Assembly: GCA_963736455.1 (NCBI GenBank)
Contig: CAVTON010000002.1
Span: forward strand, 96,257 to 160,256
Origin: an uncultured Acidobacteriota bacterium
GTDB lineage: Bacteria; Acidobacteriota; Thermoanaerobaculia; UBA5066; Gp7-AA6
Direction: 5' to 3'
Length of the DNA: 64,000 nucleotides
Shown here: positions 63,930 to 64,000 of the stretch, one piece after another
How positions within the stretch are numbered: position 1 is the stretch's first letter
Layout: every line of letters begins with the position of its first letter
The notes under the pieces: model-generated
What the model saw: only the letters and a program-made list of their open reading frames with translations
Told to the model about the DNA's origin: nothing
Database searches by the model: none
Translations under genes and position numbers: made by a program

Positions 63930-64000
63930 TCATTGCAATCCGAACGTCTTGACGACGAAGACGGCCATTTGACCACGGGTGGCGGGGTTGGCGGGGCAGT
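63930..64000 (-). CDS. 3' end of a further SLH paralog (continues beyond the window)
   Basis: CPANPATRGQMAVFVVKTFGLQ*, identical in protein to the end of 61499..63913. Confidence 0.88.
   Translation of the reverse strand, partial: CPANPATRGQMAVFVVKTFGLQ

Noticed and set aside
51765-64000. Diversity-generating retroelement or invertase shufflon acting on the SLH array
   Set aside because: No reverse transcriptase or recombinase in the window, all copies are co-oriented, and differences are not adenine-specific.

Overview
Very GC-rich (roughly 70% by eye) chromosomal DNA from a diderm bacterium (bamD, lipoproteins, tatA). An Acidobacteriota origin, possibly Thermoanaerobaculia, is inferred from gene content only. 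The middle is mostly housekeeping: wecB-GT-wzm-wzt, gltX, clpB-hsp20-degP, copA-cupredoxin-queE-queC, truA-uppS-cdsA-dxr-rseP, a YfhO/GT-C membrane glycosyltransferase cluster, PASTA-rpe-bamD, fis-like, tatA, amgK-like, cyclophilin, thiO, rhlE, yciH, recQ and typA. Both ends carry tandem genes for secreted proteins ending in a cysteine-rich triple S-layer-homology (SLH) module: two plus a relic at the left, and at least six beta-helix/IPT/SLH paralogs at the right. Best leads: (1) a bacterial tetraether-lipid-synthase (Tes/GDGT-MAS)-like radical SAM enzyme that seems to lack one auxiliary cluster motif; (2) the Cys-rich SLH surface-display array, with homogenised and codon-shifted anchor cassettes, in a diderm that also has a ManNAc-polymer ABC export operon; (3) a duplicated two-component GT-C module and a miniaturised YfhO paralog; (4) a secreted pentein (deiminase-like) enzyme. 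I found no rRNA, tRNA, CRISPR array, integrase or transposase. All calls come from motif recognition by eye; no database searches were run.
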